Assembly: GCA_964597675.1 (NCBI GenBank)
Contig: CAZQYV010000002.1
Span: 7,532-71,531, forward strand
Direction: 5' to 3'
DNA: 64,000 nt
DNA from: an uncultured Candidatus Saccharibacteria bacterium
GTDB lineage: Bacteria; Patescibacteriota; Minisyncoccia; Phycocordibacterales; DATDWN01
Of the stretch, positions 39,472 through 49,782 are shown in pieces; position 1 is the stretch's first letter; the number at the start of each line of letters is the position of its first letter. The translations under genes and the position numbers were made by a program. A model generated the notes under the pieces. It worked only from the letters and a program-made list of their open reading frames with translations. It searched no databases and was not told where the DNA came from.

Positions 39472-39606
39472 GGATTGTGTGGATACGTCGAGGATGTCTC
39501 TCTTTTGGAGACTTCGCAAGGCGGGTAGCCGAGACTTGAGGAATTTTTCAGCAGAAAAATATCCGTGCTCCAAAAGAGAGACATCGAGACAAGAGACACA
39601 CAATCC
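39472..39606. repeat. Dispersed long-hairpin repeat, copy 4 (upstream of gyrA)
   Basis: GATGTCTCTCTTTTGGAG/CTCCAAAAGAGAGACATC arms, TTTC-AGCA-GAAA loop. Confidence 0.85.
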
Positions 39607-39670
39607 GCTCTTTTCCCCTTTGAATTCCCAACCACTTTATGATATAATAGGGCGTATTCATTAAACTCAA

Positions 39671-42127
39671 ATGGCAAAAAAAGAAATAGAAATTGTTGCT
39701 CCAGAGCGTGTATCAGTTCTCAATCGTGAGATCATGGATGAGATGCGAGAGTCATTTATTGACTACGCTATGTCGGTTATTACTGACCGCGCACTACCAA
39801 ATGTCCGTGATGGCCTAAAGCCAGTTCATCGTCGTATTCTCCATGCCATGAACGAGATGGGTCTTTCTGCTGGTGCCAAAACTCGAAAATCGGCGGCAGT
39901 TGTTGGAGAGGTTTTGGGAAACTACCATCCACATGGCGACGTCGCCGTGTATGATTCGATGGTCAAAATGGCACAGGACTTCACCATGCGTTATCCACTG
40001 ATTGTCGGTCAAGGAAACTTTGGCTCGATCGATGGGGACTCGCCTGCTGCTATGCGTTATACCGAGGCAAAAATGTCCAAACTTGCTGCTGAATTATTGC
40101 GTGATATAGACAAGGAAACAGTAGACTTTGGTCCAAACTATGACGGCACTCGAAAGGAACCAAAAGTATTGCCAACATCAGTACCAAATTTGCTGCTAAA
40201 CGGAACTCTTGGTATTGCTGTGGGTATGGCCACCAATATTCCACCACACAATCTTGGTGAAGTTATTGACGCGGTTGTCCATCTGGTGGACAACAAAGAT
40301 GCTACAACAGATGATCTTTTGCAATTCGTCAAAGGTCCTGATTTTCCTGTTGGAGGTATTGCTTTTAATCAAAAAGATATTGAACATGCATATGCTACTG
40401 GAAAAGGCCCTGTGGTTGTCCGTGGCGTGGCAGAAATTGTCGAAAATAAAGCTGGTCAATTTCAGATTGTCATTACTTCAATTCCATTTAGAGTAAACAA
40501 ATCGGAGTTGATTATTAAGATTGTTGATCTCATAAAAGATAAAAAACTAGAGGGGATCAAGGATATCCGTGATGAGTCCGCAAAAGATATTCGTGTGGTG
40601 ATTGATCTCAAGGGCACGGCTCACCCTCAGACAGTTCTCAATTATTTGTATAAACACACTCAACTCGAAGACACATTTCACTACAACATGGTTGCGCTGG
40701 TCAACGGTGTACCAGAGACGCTTTCACTAAAAGGCGTTTTAGAAGAGTTTATTCTCCACCGCAAGGAGGTCATTCGCCGACGGACAGAGTTTGATTTGAA
40801 AAAAGCACTCGAGCGTGAACATATTTTGCTTGGTTTGAAAAAAGCACTCGATCATATTGATCAGATAATTAAATTAATTCGAGCATCAAAAGATACCAGC
40901 GAGGCACATCGAAATTTAATGAAAGATTTCAAGTTTTCTGCCATTCAAGCAACAGCTATTTTGGAAATGAAACTCCAGCGACTGGCAGGTCTCGAGCGCA
41001 AGAAAATAGAGGATGAATTAAAATCCGTACAAGAACTGATCGAAGTCTTGAAGGCGATTTTGGCTAACCCAAAGAAACTTTTGAGTATTATTAAAGATGA
41101 GTGTAAAGAAATAAAAGAAAAATTTGGCGATGAGCGTCGGACTCGAATAATAAAAGGGGGCGCACAGGTGCTTTCTGTCGAGGATTTGATTCCAGATGAG
41201 GAAAATGCGTTAGTATTGACTGCCGGAGGGTATATAAAACGTACTAACCCGGATGAATTTCGTAAACAAAAACGTGGCGGAGTCGGCGTGGTGGATTTGG
41301 ATACAAAGGAGGAGGACTTTGTCACTCATCTTTTGATTGCCTCGACTCACAGTGATCTTTTGTTCTTTACGGACAAAGGCAAGGCATATCAAACCAAAAT
41401 GTATGATATTCCCGAGGGGCGCAGGGCGACTCGTGGTAAATCAGTCATGAACTTTTTGCCATTATCTGAAGGGGAGAAAATTACATCTATTTTGCCAATG
41501 ACAAAAGAGGTCAAAAAATCTGACTCTTCTCTAATGATGGTCACAAAACATGGCGTTGCCAAGAAATGTAGTGCTGCAAGTTTCCATGATGTTCGTATAT
41601 CAGGTATTATCGCTATAAAACTCGATGCGGGAGATTCTTTGATATCTGCATCATTTGTTACTAAAAAAGACACCATGATTGTGGTCACAGAGAAAGGTCA
41701 GTCTATTCATTTCAAAGAGACAGATATTCGTGAAATGGGACGTACTGCAATGGGTGTTCGTGGAATCAAACTTGGCAAAGGCGACGAGGTTATTGCTGCA
41801 GAGGCGGTACTAAACGCATGGGACAATGCGACACTTATGGTTATTTCTGAACATGGATATGGTAAACAGACCGATATAGACGAATATAAAATACAAAATC
41901 GCGGGGGATCCGGTATTAAAACAGCAAACGTGACCGCAAAGACCGGCAAACTCATTTCAGCAAAAGTTTTTGAAAGTGATGAAGCAGAAGTGGTGGCTAT
42001 TTCTAAAAAATCACAGGTCATTCGTGTAGACGCAAAAGAAATTCCAGTTCTCGGTCGGCAGACACAGGGCGTGCGTATTATGAAACTCCGCGAAGGTGAT
42101 TCAATTGCCTCCCTTATCTGTTTATAA
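39671..42127 (+). CDS. gyrA: DNA gyrase subunit A
   Basis: [23 protein letters not shown], GyrA box QKRGGVG. Confidence 0.98.
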   Translation: MAKKEIEIVAPERVSVLNREIMDEMRESFIDYAMSVITDRALPNVRDGLKPVHRRILHAMNEMGLSAGAKTRKSAAVVGEVLGNYHPHGDVAVYDSMVKMAQDFTMRYPLIVGQGNFGSIDGDSPAAMRYTEAKMSKLAAELLRDIDKETVDFGPNYDGTRKEPKVLPTSVPNLLLNGTLGIAVGMATNIPPHNLGEVIDAVVHLVDNKDATTDDLLQFVKGPDFPVGGIAFNQKDIEHAYATGKGPVVVRGVAEIVENKAGQFQIVITSIPFRVNKSELIIKIVDLIKDKKLEGIKDIRDESAKDIRVVIDLKGTAHPQTVLNYLYKHTQLEDTFHYNMVALVNGVPETLSLKGVLEEFILHRKEVIRRRTEFDLKKALEREHILLGLKKALDHIDQIIKLIRASKDTSEAHRNLMKDFKFSAIQATAILEMKLQRLAGLERKKIEDELKSVQELIEVLKAILANPKKLLSIIKDECKEIKEKFGDERRTRIIKGGAQVLSVEDLIPDEENALVLTAGGYIKRTNPDEFRKQKRGGVGVVDLDTKEEDFVTHLLIASTHSDLLFFTDKGKAYQTKMYDIPEGRRATRGKSVMNFLPLSEGEKITSILPMTKEVKKSDSSLMMVTKHGVAKKCSAASFHDVRISGIIAIKLDAGDSLISASFVTKKDTMIVVTEKGQSIHFKETDIREMGRTAMGVRGIKLGKGDEVIAAEAVLNAWDNATLMVISEHGYGKQTDIDEYKIQNRGGSGIKTANVTAKTGKLISAKVFESDEAEVVAISKKSQVIRVDAKEIPVLGRQTQGVRIMKLREGDSIASLICL

Positions 42128-42129
42128 AA

Positions 42130-42215
42130 GGTATTAAACCCCAGGGCAAGCTCTGGACACGTAAAGAACTCGCAGAGCTCGTCCTTTACCTCGGCAAGCC
42201 GAGGGGTTTTAAACC
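42130..42215. repeat. REP / IS200-IS605-end-like hairpin remnant after gyrA
   Basis: GTATTAAACCCC...CCTCGGCAAGCCGAGGGGTTTTAAACC; two GCAAGC-loop hairpins. Confidence 0.5.
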
Positions 42216-42343
42216 TTTTTTCGCTCTCCTCGGCTCGGTAGTGAAAGTGATTACACTTTCACTACTCTCACTCTATGTCGGCGATAAATAGATTTCCACC
42301 ATTTCTATTTCCTAGTTTAGTTTTTTCATACTATAATATAAGT

Positions 42344-42871
42344 ATGTTTTCTGATCCTCAAAAAAATATCGAACAGTGTGGAATACAAGCAGGTATGGAA
42401 ATTGCTGATTTTGGTTCTGGATCCGGGCATTATACTATTGCAGCTGCCAAGGCGCTTGTTTCTACCGGACACGTCTACGCTATTGATGCTCAAAAGGATC
42501 TCCTAACAAAACTGAAAAATCACGTTACCCGTGATGGCCTCTACAATATAGAGGTTGTTTGGGGTGATATTGAAAAAGTAGGCGGAACACATCTTCATGA
42601 TGGTATGATCGATCTGGTTTTATTGTCCAACATTCTTTTTCAAGTCGAAAATAAGCAAGGGGTTTTGGAAGAAGTAAAACGAATATTAAAACCGGCTGGC
42701 CGAGTGCTAGTTGTCGATTGGTCAGAATCATTTGGTGGCATTGGTCCGCACGCGGATATGGTGGTCAAAAAAGACACAGTTATGGATTTGTTTGAACACA
42801 ACGGCTTTCACTTGGATCGAGAAATTTCGGCAGGGTCACACCACTATGGCATGATTTACAAAAAATTATGA
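42344..42871 (+). CDS. Class I SAM-dependent methyltransferase
   Basis: ADFGSGSG, VYAID, RILKPAGRVLVVDW; start reassigned to 42344. Confidence 0.9.
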   Translation: MFSDPQKNIEQCGIQAGMEIADFGSGSGHYTIAAAKALVSTGHVYAIDAQKDLLTKLKNHVTRDGLYNIEVVWGDIEKVGGTHLHDGMIDLVLLSNILFQVENKQGVLEEVKRILKPAGRVLVVDWSESFGGIGPHADMVVKKDTVMDLFEHNGFHLDREISAGSHHYGMIYKKL

Positions 42872-44151
42872 CAAATTTCAAAATTGCTATTGTAACGATT
42901 TTTACGCTTGGACTAGTTATTGGTATTGCTATTTTTGCCTTATCCAAGGCAAACAGTACACCGGTGGCACAGGTTGTGGTCTGGGGAACAATACCAGACG
43001 ATGCATTTTCTGTCGCATACAAAAATTCGACACTTCCAAAAAATAAATCTGTTTCAGTCCGATATGTTCGCAAGGATAAAGCAGATTTCGATGCAGATTT
43101 CGTCGAGGCATTGGCCTCTGGCACTGGACCAGACGTGGTTATATTGCGAGAAGACTCTATGTTCAAGCATCGTAACAAGTTTTTGATGATTCCGTACAAG
43201 AGTTATCCAGAGCGCAATTTTAAAGACACATTTATCGAAGGTGGTGAGATTTTTTTGAGTACCGATGGTATACAGGCCTTGCCTCTTATGATTGATCCGA
43301 TGGTTATGTATTGGAATCGAGACATGTTTACAACCAACCTTATTTCACAGCCACCACAGTATTGGGATGATGTGTTGCGTTTGGTACCTACACTGACACG
43401 CAAGGACAAAAGCGGAAATATTATGCAAAGCATGCTCTCTTTTGGTGAATGGCGAAATGTAGCAAATGCAAAGGAAATTCTGGCAACACTTTTGTTGCAA
43501 GGAGGTACGCCAATCATTTCATACAACAAGTCCTACTATACATCTGTACTTGATTCACAACTCAATTACCCAATTGCTCCCGGACAGTCTGCACTTAATT
43601 TTTATACTCAATTTTCCAATCCAACCGCTGCTATGTACACATGGAATCGCTCCTTACCTTCATCACTCAACTTTTTCCTATCCGGCAACTTGGCCACATA
43701 TTTTGGTTTTGCTAGCGAGTTGTTTTCAATCCAACAGAAAAATCCAAACCTCAATTTCGACGTGACATACATGCCACAGGCACGTCAGGCAACCAAGAAA
43801 ATCGTCTTTGCTCATATGTACGGACTGGCCATAACAAAGCAATCCAAGTCCATTGCAGGGGCATTTGCGACCATTTTGGGCTTGACTGAGCCATCGTCAC
43901 TTACTGCTCTCGAGACCATGACCAACCTGCCTCCTGTCCGTCGGGATCTGCTTGCTGCAAAGCCGACTGATGCATACCGAACCGTTTTCTATAATTCTGC
44001 GTTGTATGGCAAAGCATGGACCGATCCAGACCCACAAGCGACGTCAGAAATTTTCAAAGAAATGGTAGAGTCTGTAACAAGTGGTCGTGCGCGCGTGACA
44101 GAGGCACTCGGACGTGCGAGTCAATTGTTAAGTACGTTTTTAACACAATAA
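42868..44151 (+). CDS. Extracellular solute-binding protein (ABC sugar-binding-like)
   Basis: N-terminal TM, LASGTGPD, LP...D...MYWNRDMF, PPQYW. Confidence 0.85.
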   Translation: MTNFKIAIVTIFTLGLVIGIAIFALSKANSTPVAQVVVWGTIPDDAFSVAYKNSTLPKNKSVSVRYVRKDKADFDADFVEALASGTGPDVVILREDSMFKHRNKFLMIPYKSYPERNFKDTFIEGGEIFLSTDGIQALPLMIDPMVMYWNRDMFTTNLISQPPQYWDDVLRLVPTLTRKDKSGNIMQSMLSFGEWRNVANAKEILATLLLQGGTPIISYNKSYYTSVLDSQLNYPIAPGQSALNFYTQFSNPTAAMYTWNRSLPSSLNFFLSGNLATYFGFASELFSIQQKNPNLNFDVTYMPQARQATKKIVFAHMYGLAITKQSKSIAGAFATILGLTEPSSLTALETMTNLPPVRRDLLAAKPTDAYRTVFYNSALYGKAWTDPDPQATSEIFKEMVESVTSGRARVTEALGRASQLLSTFLTQ

Positions 44152-44152
44152 T

Positions 44153-44599
44153 ATGATGAAACGAATCATGCGATATGTTGGGGTTACATTATTTATTTTT
44201 TTATTATTGGGTAGTTTTGCATCAGCACAAATAAATGATAATAATACAACATCAAGTACTATGTCAGATGGACCTCATACAAATGGTATCGTGACAACAT
44301 GTTGGAAAGGGGGGAAACCAATACCATGTGAGAAATTTAGTGATCTAATTATTGCAATACAAAATACAATCAATTTTGGAGTGAAATTTGCATTAGCATT
44401 TTCTGTAGTGCCGATTGCTATTGCCGGCTTTCTATACCTTCGATCGGGGGATAATCCGGGAGACAGAACAAAAGCAAACAATATGCTAAAAAATGTTGCA
44501 ATTGGTATTGTGGTCATGCTTGCGGCATGGCTTATAGTCAACTTGATTACAAATTCATTAGTTACAGATGAGGTTAAAAAAGGATTCTTTCCAATTTAA
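44153..44599 (+). CDS. VirB2/TrbC-like pilin 1
   Basis: Signal + two TM, AGF.YL.S.DNP....KA...L.N..IG. Confidence 0.8.
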   Translation: MMKRIMRYVGVTLFIFLLLGSFASAQINDNNTTSSTMSDGPHTNGIVTTCWKGGKPIPCEKFSDLIIAIQNTINFGVKFALAFSVVPIAIAGFLYLRSGDNPGDRTKANNMLKNVAIGIVVMLAAWLIVNLITNSLVTDEVKKGFFPI

Positions 44600-44610
44600 T
44601 TTAACATTTT

Positions 44611-45012
44611 ATGAAGAAAATAATTATATTCAGTGTACTGCTCATATCTATAATGTTTCCGCTGTTTTCATATGCGCAGATAAATGATAACAATACAACA
44701 AATACAGGCACTAGTATTAATTTGAAAATACCCAATCCTCTCAAGTGTAATACAACAGACAACAGCAAATGTACCTTATTCGATCTTATTGCAACAATTC
44801 TCAATAAAATAGTTATGCCGATTATGGGTGTACTCGTTGTACTCTACATTATTTATGCAGGGTTTAAATACGTCCAAGCCCAAGGCAATCCAGCAGCAAT
44901 TTCAAAAGCAAATGATAATCTAAAATATGCACTGATAGGAGCAGGTATTCTTTTGGCTGCAGCAGGCATATCGCAGGTCGTTCAAAACACTGTTACTAAA
45001 CTTCTTGAATAA
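44611..45012 (+). CDS. VirB2/TrbC-like pilin 2
   Basis: IPNPL, IIYAGFKYV.AQGNP..I.KA...L.YALIG. Confidence 0.85.
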   Translation: MKKIIIFSVLLISIMFPLFSYAQINDNNTTNTGTSINLKIPNPLKCNTTDNSKCTLFDLIATILNKIVMPIMGVLVVLYIIYAGFKYVQAQGNPAAISKANDNLKYALIGAGILLAAAGISQVVQNTVTKLLE

Positions 45013-45013
45013 T

Positions 45014-45418
45014 ATGTCACGCACCTCACGAATCATTATCACATCAATTTTTATACTGCCAATGGTAGTATATGGTCTTGAATTCAATCTATCCGCTTCG
45101 ACTTTTGCTGGCATTATTACGTATGTACTAAGTATACTCAATCTCCTTATCCCAATTCTCGTTGCGCTTGCTCTTATATTTTTCTTTTGGGGGTTATCCA
45201 GATTTGTTATTAGCGCCGGCAATGAATCCGAGTTAAAAAAAGGCAAAAACTATATGATGTGGGGGATTTTGGCACTTTTCATACTCTTTTCATACAGCGC
45301 GATCATTTCGATTTTTGCAAAAGATTTGGAGATTGGCGACACATCATCGTATCCATTTTTACCAGAAGGAGATGGTAGTAGTAACAGTCAAAAACCCGGT
45401 TTTCCTAGTTTAAATTAA
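45014..45418 (+). CDS. VirB2/TrbC-like pilin 3
   Basis: FFWG..RFV..AGNE....KGK..M.WGI.ALF. Confidence 0.8.
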   Translation: MSRTSRIIITSIFILPMVVYGLEFNLSASTFAGIITYVLSILNLLIPILVALALIFFFWGLSRFVISAGNESELKKGKNYMMWGILALFILFSYSAIISIFAKDLEIGDTSSYPFLPEGDGSSNSQKPGFPSLN

Positions 45419-45423
45419 TTAAT

Positions 45424-45843
45424 ATGAAAAAATATACATTATATACTTTATATGCGTCAGCTGTATTTCCACTCATTTCATTTGCAGCACTCGATGGAGT
45501 TCGTGGGTTTCTGACAAGTGCAAAAAGTCTCATTAATTTGTTACTTGGTGTTGTTTTTGGTCTTGCTGTACTTTTCTTTTTCTGGGGAATTGCACAATTT
45601 ATTCTCAATGATTCCGGTAACGAAAAGACGCGAGCAGAAGGGAAGACAAAGATAGTTTGGGGTATTATCGCATTGTTTATTATGGTTTCTATATACGGAA
45701 TCTTGGCTATGATTGGAGGATTACTTGGTGTCGAGACACGAGTTACACCAGGAAGTGGCACGGGTAGTAGCAGTGGTGGTGACAGTGCAGGCATTCCACC
45801 GCCTGCATTTACAACAGATTGTAACAGTCCAGAAGGGTGTTAG
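45424..45843 (+). CDS. VirB2/TrbC-like pilin 4
   Basis: FFWGI.QFI...G.E..R.EGK..I.WGIIALFIMVSIYG. Confidence 0.8.
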   Translation: MKKYTLYTLYASAVFPLISFAALDGVRGFLTSAKSLINLLLGVVFGLAVLFFFWGIAQFILNDSGNEKTRAEGKTKIVWGIIALFIMVSIYGILAMIGGLLGVETRVTPGSGTGSSSGGDSAGIPPPAFTTDCNSPEGC

Positions 45844-45926
45844 TATATCCACACCCTCTTTGCTTCAAAGCATTTTTATAGTATGATTTATGTATAGCAT
45901 TAATTTATAAGTAATTTAGTAACACA

Positions 45927-46280
45927 ATGAAAAAAGTTATTTACACAGCGTTATCTTTTGGTCCAGTACTCGCTCTTGCACAGACTGCTCCAAACCTTAG
46001 TGGTATTTCATCATTGATTACCAGTATCGGCAATATTATCAAGCAGTTGATACCTATATTTTTTGCAATCGCTATTGTCTATTTCTTCTGGGGACTTGTA
46101 CAGTACATACGTGCTGCAGGAGATCCAAAAGCTGCAGAACAAGGAAAGAGTCATATGATTTGGGGTTTGATTGCTCTCTTTATTATGGTATCAGTATACG
46201 GATTGATCGGTTGGATTGGTGGCGCACTTGGTGTAAATCAGGGCGGTACAGTTAACCTACCGACAGTTAATATTCAATAG
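45927..46280 (+). CDS. VirB2/TrbC-like pilin 5
   Basis: FFWGLVQYI..AGD.....GK.HMIWG.IALFIMVSVYG. Confidence 0.82.
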   Translation: MKKVIYTALSFGPVLALAQTAPNLSGISSLITSIGNIIKQLIPIFFAIAIVYFFWGLVQYIRAAGDPKAAEQGKSHMIWGLIALFIMVSVYGLIGWIGGALGVNQGGTVNLPTVNIQ

Positions 46281-46284
46281 GGTA

Positions 46285-46563
46285 ATGACCATCATTCCTT
46301 TTCTCAACAAATTTAATCGGCTGATTTTAAACCCACTGATTATCTTGTTGTTCACACTTGCGACCGTTTACTTTATTTACGGCATTGTTAAGTTTCTTTC
46401 TCTACAAGAAGGGGACCCTGCACGTAAAGAAGCAAAGAATGCGCTTCTGTGGGGGATGTTTGGAATGCTAATCATGTTTTCTGTTTACGGTCTTATCCGC
46501 TTTGTCCTCGCTACGTTCGGAGTATCAGGCGACCCGACAGGATACATATTTCCTAACGGTTAA
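46285..46563 (+). CDS. VirB2/TrbC-like pilin 6
   Basis: FIYG.VKF......R.EAK..LLWG..GM.IM.SVYG. Confidence 0.78.
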   Translation: MTIIPFLNKFNRLILNPLIILLFTLATVYFIYGIVKFLSLQEGDPARKEAKNALLWGMFGMLIMFSVYGLIRFVLATFGVSGDPTGYIFPNG

Positions 46564-46564
46564 A

Positions 46565-46631
46565 CAAAAAACACTCTGCCTCGGCAGGGTGTTTTTGTAA
46601 CAAAAATCGCGGGGCCCATATGAGCCCCGCG
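46565..46631. terminator. Two back-to-back terminator hairpins between convergent units
   Basis: AAAAACACTCTGCC-TC-GGCAGGGTGTTTTT and GCGGGGC...GCCCCGC. Confidence 0.7.
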
Positions 46632-46647
46632 AGGGTGTGGAGTGACT

Positions 46648-47745
46648 TCACTCCAAAGAACACAAAATAGTGACGGTTTTCTTATCTGGTGATTGGAATC
46701 GCTTGGTTATGATTCCACCACCAAGATTTAATGGGGTCCCAGGAACGTATATCTCTTCCCACTCACCATTGACCAGAACCTTTACAGAAGTGTCTGGATC
46801 TGGTCTACATGTCATACTTCTGTCTTGCGGAGTGATGACGACATCACCCCACTTCCCGACAGGTGCCTCGACAATCCATGACTCCCGGAACTTTCGCTGA
46901 GTCCATGGAGCGAGACCGTACCGTGTTCGGAGGTGCAGCGCAGCTTGGAGGTTACCCTCGATGGTCGTAATATCCATCTGCGTCAGATCGATATCGAGGG
47001 CTTTTTGTTGGATGACCTCCTTGGCCCACCAGCCCTCGTTGATCTGCATGACGCCGACATCATCCTTGGCGCCATTTTGGTTGTGGTTTCTCACAACCGT
47101 TCCATCGTCGTTCCTCTGGTTACATCCAGATTCGTTTCTACAGATTATCACCATCTCTTCGACGGTGATATTGGGATGAGGATGACCATCCCAGAATTTC
47201 CTCACTGCCTCCGTGTCTTTTCCCTCTGCTTCCTTGGGTCGTAAGAGGGTAGGGTGCCAATTGCTTGGCAGAGGGGTGGCGTAGCGTGTCGGGCGGATAG
47301 TTTCTTTGACAATTGTTATTCCCTCATCACCACTAATCGTGTGGTAAAGAGATCTACCAACTGCAAATAGTCCAAGTGCGCAGAGAATTATCCCAATCTT
47401 TGATAGATATCCCTTTTGAGTACAGAGATAGAACCCAAGACCGAGAATGATCTGATACAACATGAACCATGGCTGTGACCACCACCTCACCCAGAACTCC
47501 GGGAACATCATCCACACAATCAAATGTATGGAGAAGATTCCAGCGAAGAGGAGTAGAAAGTTTTTCCATGCGTTCCACTTCTTTTTTATCCACTCCCTGG
47601 ATGCGGTTGGAGCAAGTGAGGTTTGTTGTCCGTTTTGCTGTCGTGGTTTCCTGATAAGCTTGTACCAAGCAACCACAAGTAGCAGTATAGTCGCACCAAC
47701 TGGTGCAACAATAAAGAGATAAAGCAGAATCGTTTTTATGTCCAC
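46648..47745 (-). CDS. Membrane-anchored lytic transglycosylase/lysozyme-like protein
   Basis: 4 TMs then CRNESG, DVGVMQIN, GNLQAA..L....G..PW. Confidence 0.75.
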   Translation of the reverse strand: MDIKTILLYLFIVAPVGATILLLVVAWYKLIRKPRQQNGQQTSLAPTASREWIKKKWNAWKNFLLLFAGIFSIHLIVWMMFPEFWVRWWSQPWFMLYQIILGLGFYLCTQKGYLSKIGIILCALGLFAVGRSLYHTISGDEGITIVKETIRPTRYATPLPSNWHPTLLRPKEAEGKDTEAVRKFWDGHPHPNITVEEMVIICRNESGCNQRNDDGTVVRNHNQNGAKDDVGVMQINEGWWAKEVIQQKALDIDLTQMDITTIEGNLQAALHLRTRYGLAPWTQRKFRESWIVEAPVGKWGDVVITPQDRSMTCRPDPDTSVKVLVNGEWEEIYVPGTPLNLGGGIITKRFQSPDKKTVTILCSLE

Positions 47746-49140
47746 CTACTCCTCCTTGTCAACACCAATCTGTACGCCACTACCACCGGCGACAAAAGTG
47801 CGCAATTTGCCGATTGCCTCGGCATCCTGCGAGTCCTTAATCGTCTCTTTTGCCATTGCGGCTGCGTCAGCAGCTGGAACGCCTTGTGTTGTATACATCT
47901 CAACCAACTCCTCGAACCGTTTCCGGTTGGCTTTGGCTAGACGCTCTGTGGCCTGTGCTTGCCCTTCAGCTCGAGTGATTGTGGCACGTTTTTCTCCATC
48001 TGCGGTGACTACAGCTGCTTCAGCGGTCTCCTTTGCGCTGACACGTTTTTCCATGATTGTCTGGATGGAGGAGTTAAGTTCCGGGTCACTCATGGTGAGT
48101 TGGATAAGATCTACACCGAGAATATCTAGTTCATGGTTGAATTTATCTAACTCAGCTTTTTCAAAGTCCTTCCCGGTTTCTTTATATTCCTCCCACGTTT
48201 TTGTTACCAATCGTTTTGACAGAAATCCTCCAATCAACTCACTCAGTGTCTGGAGGAAGTTGTCTTTATAGACGGTGAATGCCAGATTCGGGTCAAAGAC
48301 GCTGACGATCGCGTAGCTGATCACGCTGAATCTGACACCATCCTTAGTATCAAGGTCCTGGTGTAAAGTCGGTCGGTAGATCCGTCTATACAAGCCATAC
48401 CGCTTTACCACACTACCGACCAATTGCCCCATAATAGAGGTATTCTTGGAGGTCTGACTGTCGACATTTACCACACGGTCGATAAACAGTGGGCGTAGAG
48501 AACTGATGAGTGGTGGGCCAAAGCGACGCATACCAAACTTTTCCCTGATTTTTTTATAAAACAAGGTTTCATTTTCATATGGATTGGCTGCGTCATCGAT
48601 CCTTTTCGTGGCAGTGTTATATGTTGCATTAGGTAAGATGTATTCGACAATTGGTCCATTTTTTTCATCCCACCCAGTTACAACCGCACGAATGACATTA
48701 GGTGTGTCGGGAATAAATCCCAAAATTTGCCATATATTTTTCGGATCGTCACCCGAGTTTTCAGGTGGTTTGACCAGAAGTACCGCTAGGGTTGCCAGCA
48801 GTATTGCAAACGTCATCATGGCTGATATTACGCCAAGCATCGCCAACAACACAGTCGTGCCGTAGTTCATAAACAAAAGTACGACAAGCGAGATGATGAT
48901 TAGTACGACGACCACCAGAAGGATAGTGGGTAATAGGTTGACTATCACCGACACCCAAAGGTTGAGGGCGACGCTCCATGAGGTTGATTTTTTTTCTGGC
49001 TCATGGCTTACATTTTCCTCATATGGTATGAGGGAGAGATCATCCTCTTCCTTCTTTTTACCAGGACGGTAATAAAAGAAGAGCAACCCCATTGCAAGGG
49101 CAATCACAACCACTGCAATTAAAGACACAATTCCAAGCAT
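47746..49140 (-). CDS. SPFH/band-7 domain membrane protein
   Basis: N-terminal TMs, TKDGV, GVD..QL..SDP, A..TA.A....A.G coiled repeats; promoter TTGACT-N17-TAGAAT at 49226-49198. Confidence 0.78.
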   Translation of the reverse strand: MLGIVSLIAVVVIALAMGLLFFYYRPGKKKEEDDLSLIPYEENVSHEPEKKSTSWSVALNLWVSVIVNLLPTILLVVVVLIIISLVVLLFMNYGTTVLLAMLGVISAMMTFAILLATLAVLLVKPPENSGDDPKNIWQILGFIPDTPNVIRAVVTGWDEKNGPIVEYILPNATYNTATKRIDDAANPYENETLFYKKIREKFGMRRFGPPLISSLRPLFIDRVVNVDSQTSKNTSIMGQLVGSVVKRYGLYRRIYRPTLHQDLDTKDGVRFSVISYAIVSVFDPNLAFTVYKDNFLQTLSELIGGFLSKRLVTKTWEEYKETGKDFEKAELDKFNHELDILGVDLIQLTMSDPELNSSIQTIMEKRVSAKETAEAAVVTADGEKRATITRAEGQAQATERLAKANRKRFEELVEMYTTQGVPAADAAAMAKETIKDSQDAEAIGKLRTFVAGGSGVQIGVDKEE

Positions 49141-49315
49141 TTTCGTCTCCCTTTCAAAGTTCTAGGGTGGGGAATGCCCACCTTTTGTTCCGTGTATATT
49201 CTATCATGAAATCATCCAAAAGTCAACTATTTTCGAGCGTCAAAATATGGCTTTACAGAGGGGGGGTGGAATTGTATATAAAATATAAAATTTTTTTTGT
49301 TATAATATTATGTAA

Positions 49316-49702
49316 ATGAAAAAAGATTTTCAGGAATGGCACAAAAGTAAAAGTGATATAGATGAACATAAAATACGTGCGTTTTTTCATGAACGAGAAA
49401 TTTGGTTTACGTCACTTGGTCTTAATGTTGGTTTTGAACAAGATGGAAGGGGAGATAAATTCTTGCGCCCTATAATTATATTGAAAAAATTTAATAATGA
49501 GGTGCTGTGGTGTATTCCACTCACTAAAAATCATAAAAAAGGAAAATATTACTTCTCCTTTCATCTTGAAGATAAAATTAGTACAGCAATTCTTTCCCAA
49601 ATTAGATTAGTTGATGCAAAACGCTTACAATACAAAATTGGTGATATTAGCGAAGAAAATTTTGATGAGTTAAAACAAAAACTCATACAATTGCTTGCAT
49701 GA
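49316..49702 (+). CDS. PemK/MazF family toxin, no adjacent antitoxin ORF
   Basis: REIWF..LG.NVG.EQDG.G..F.RP..I.K, IPLT, AILSQIR..D.KRL...IG. Confidence 0.88.
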   Translation: MKKDFQEWHKSKSDIDEHKIRAFFHEREIWFTSLGLNVGFEQDGRGDKFLRPIIILKKFNNEVLWCIPLTKNHKKGKYYFSFHLEDKISTAILSQIRLVDAKRLQYKIGDISEENFDELKQKLIQLLA

Positions 49703-49753
49703 GTTTTTGATTATTTACCCCTTGCGGGGAGGGCCGAAGCCATTTGTAATACA

Positions 49754-49781
49754 AGTATAGCAGATGATTGATGCGTGTCAA
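49754..49781 (-). promoter_or_regulatory. Convergent (antisense) promoter facing the toxin 3' end
   Basis: Minus strand TTGACA-N16-TATACT with extended TG. Confidence 0.7.
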
Positions 49782-49782
49782 G

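Noticed and set aside
42130-42215. Intact IS200/IS605 element
   Set aside because: Only end-like hairpins; no tnpA/tnpB ORF.
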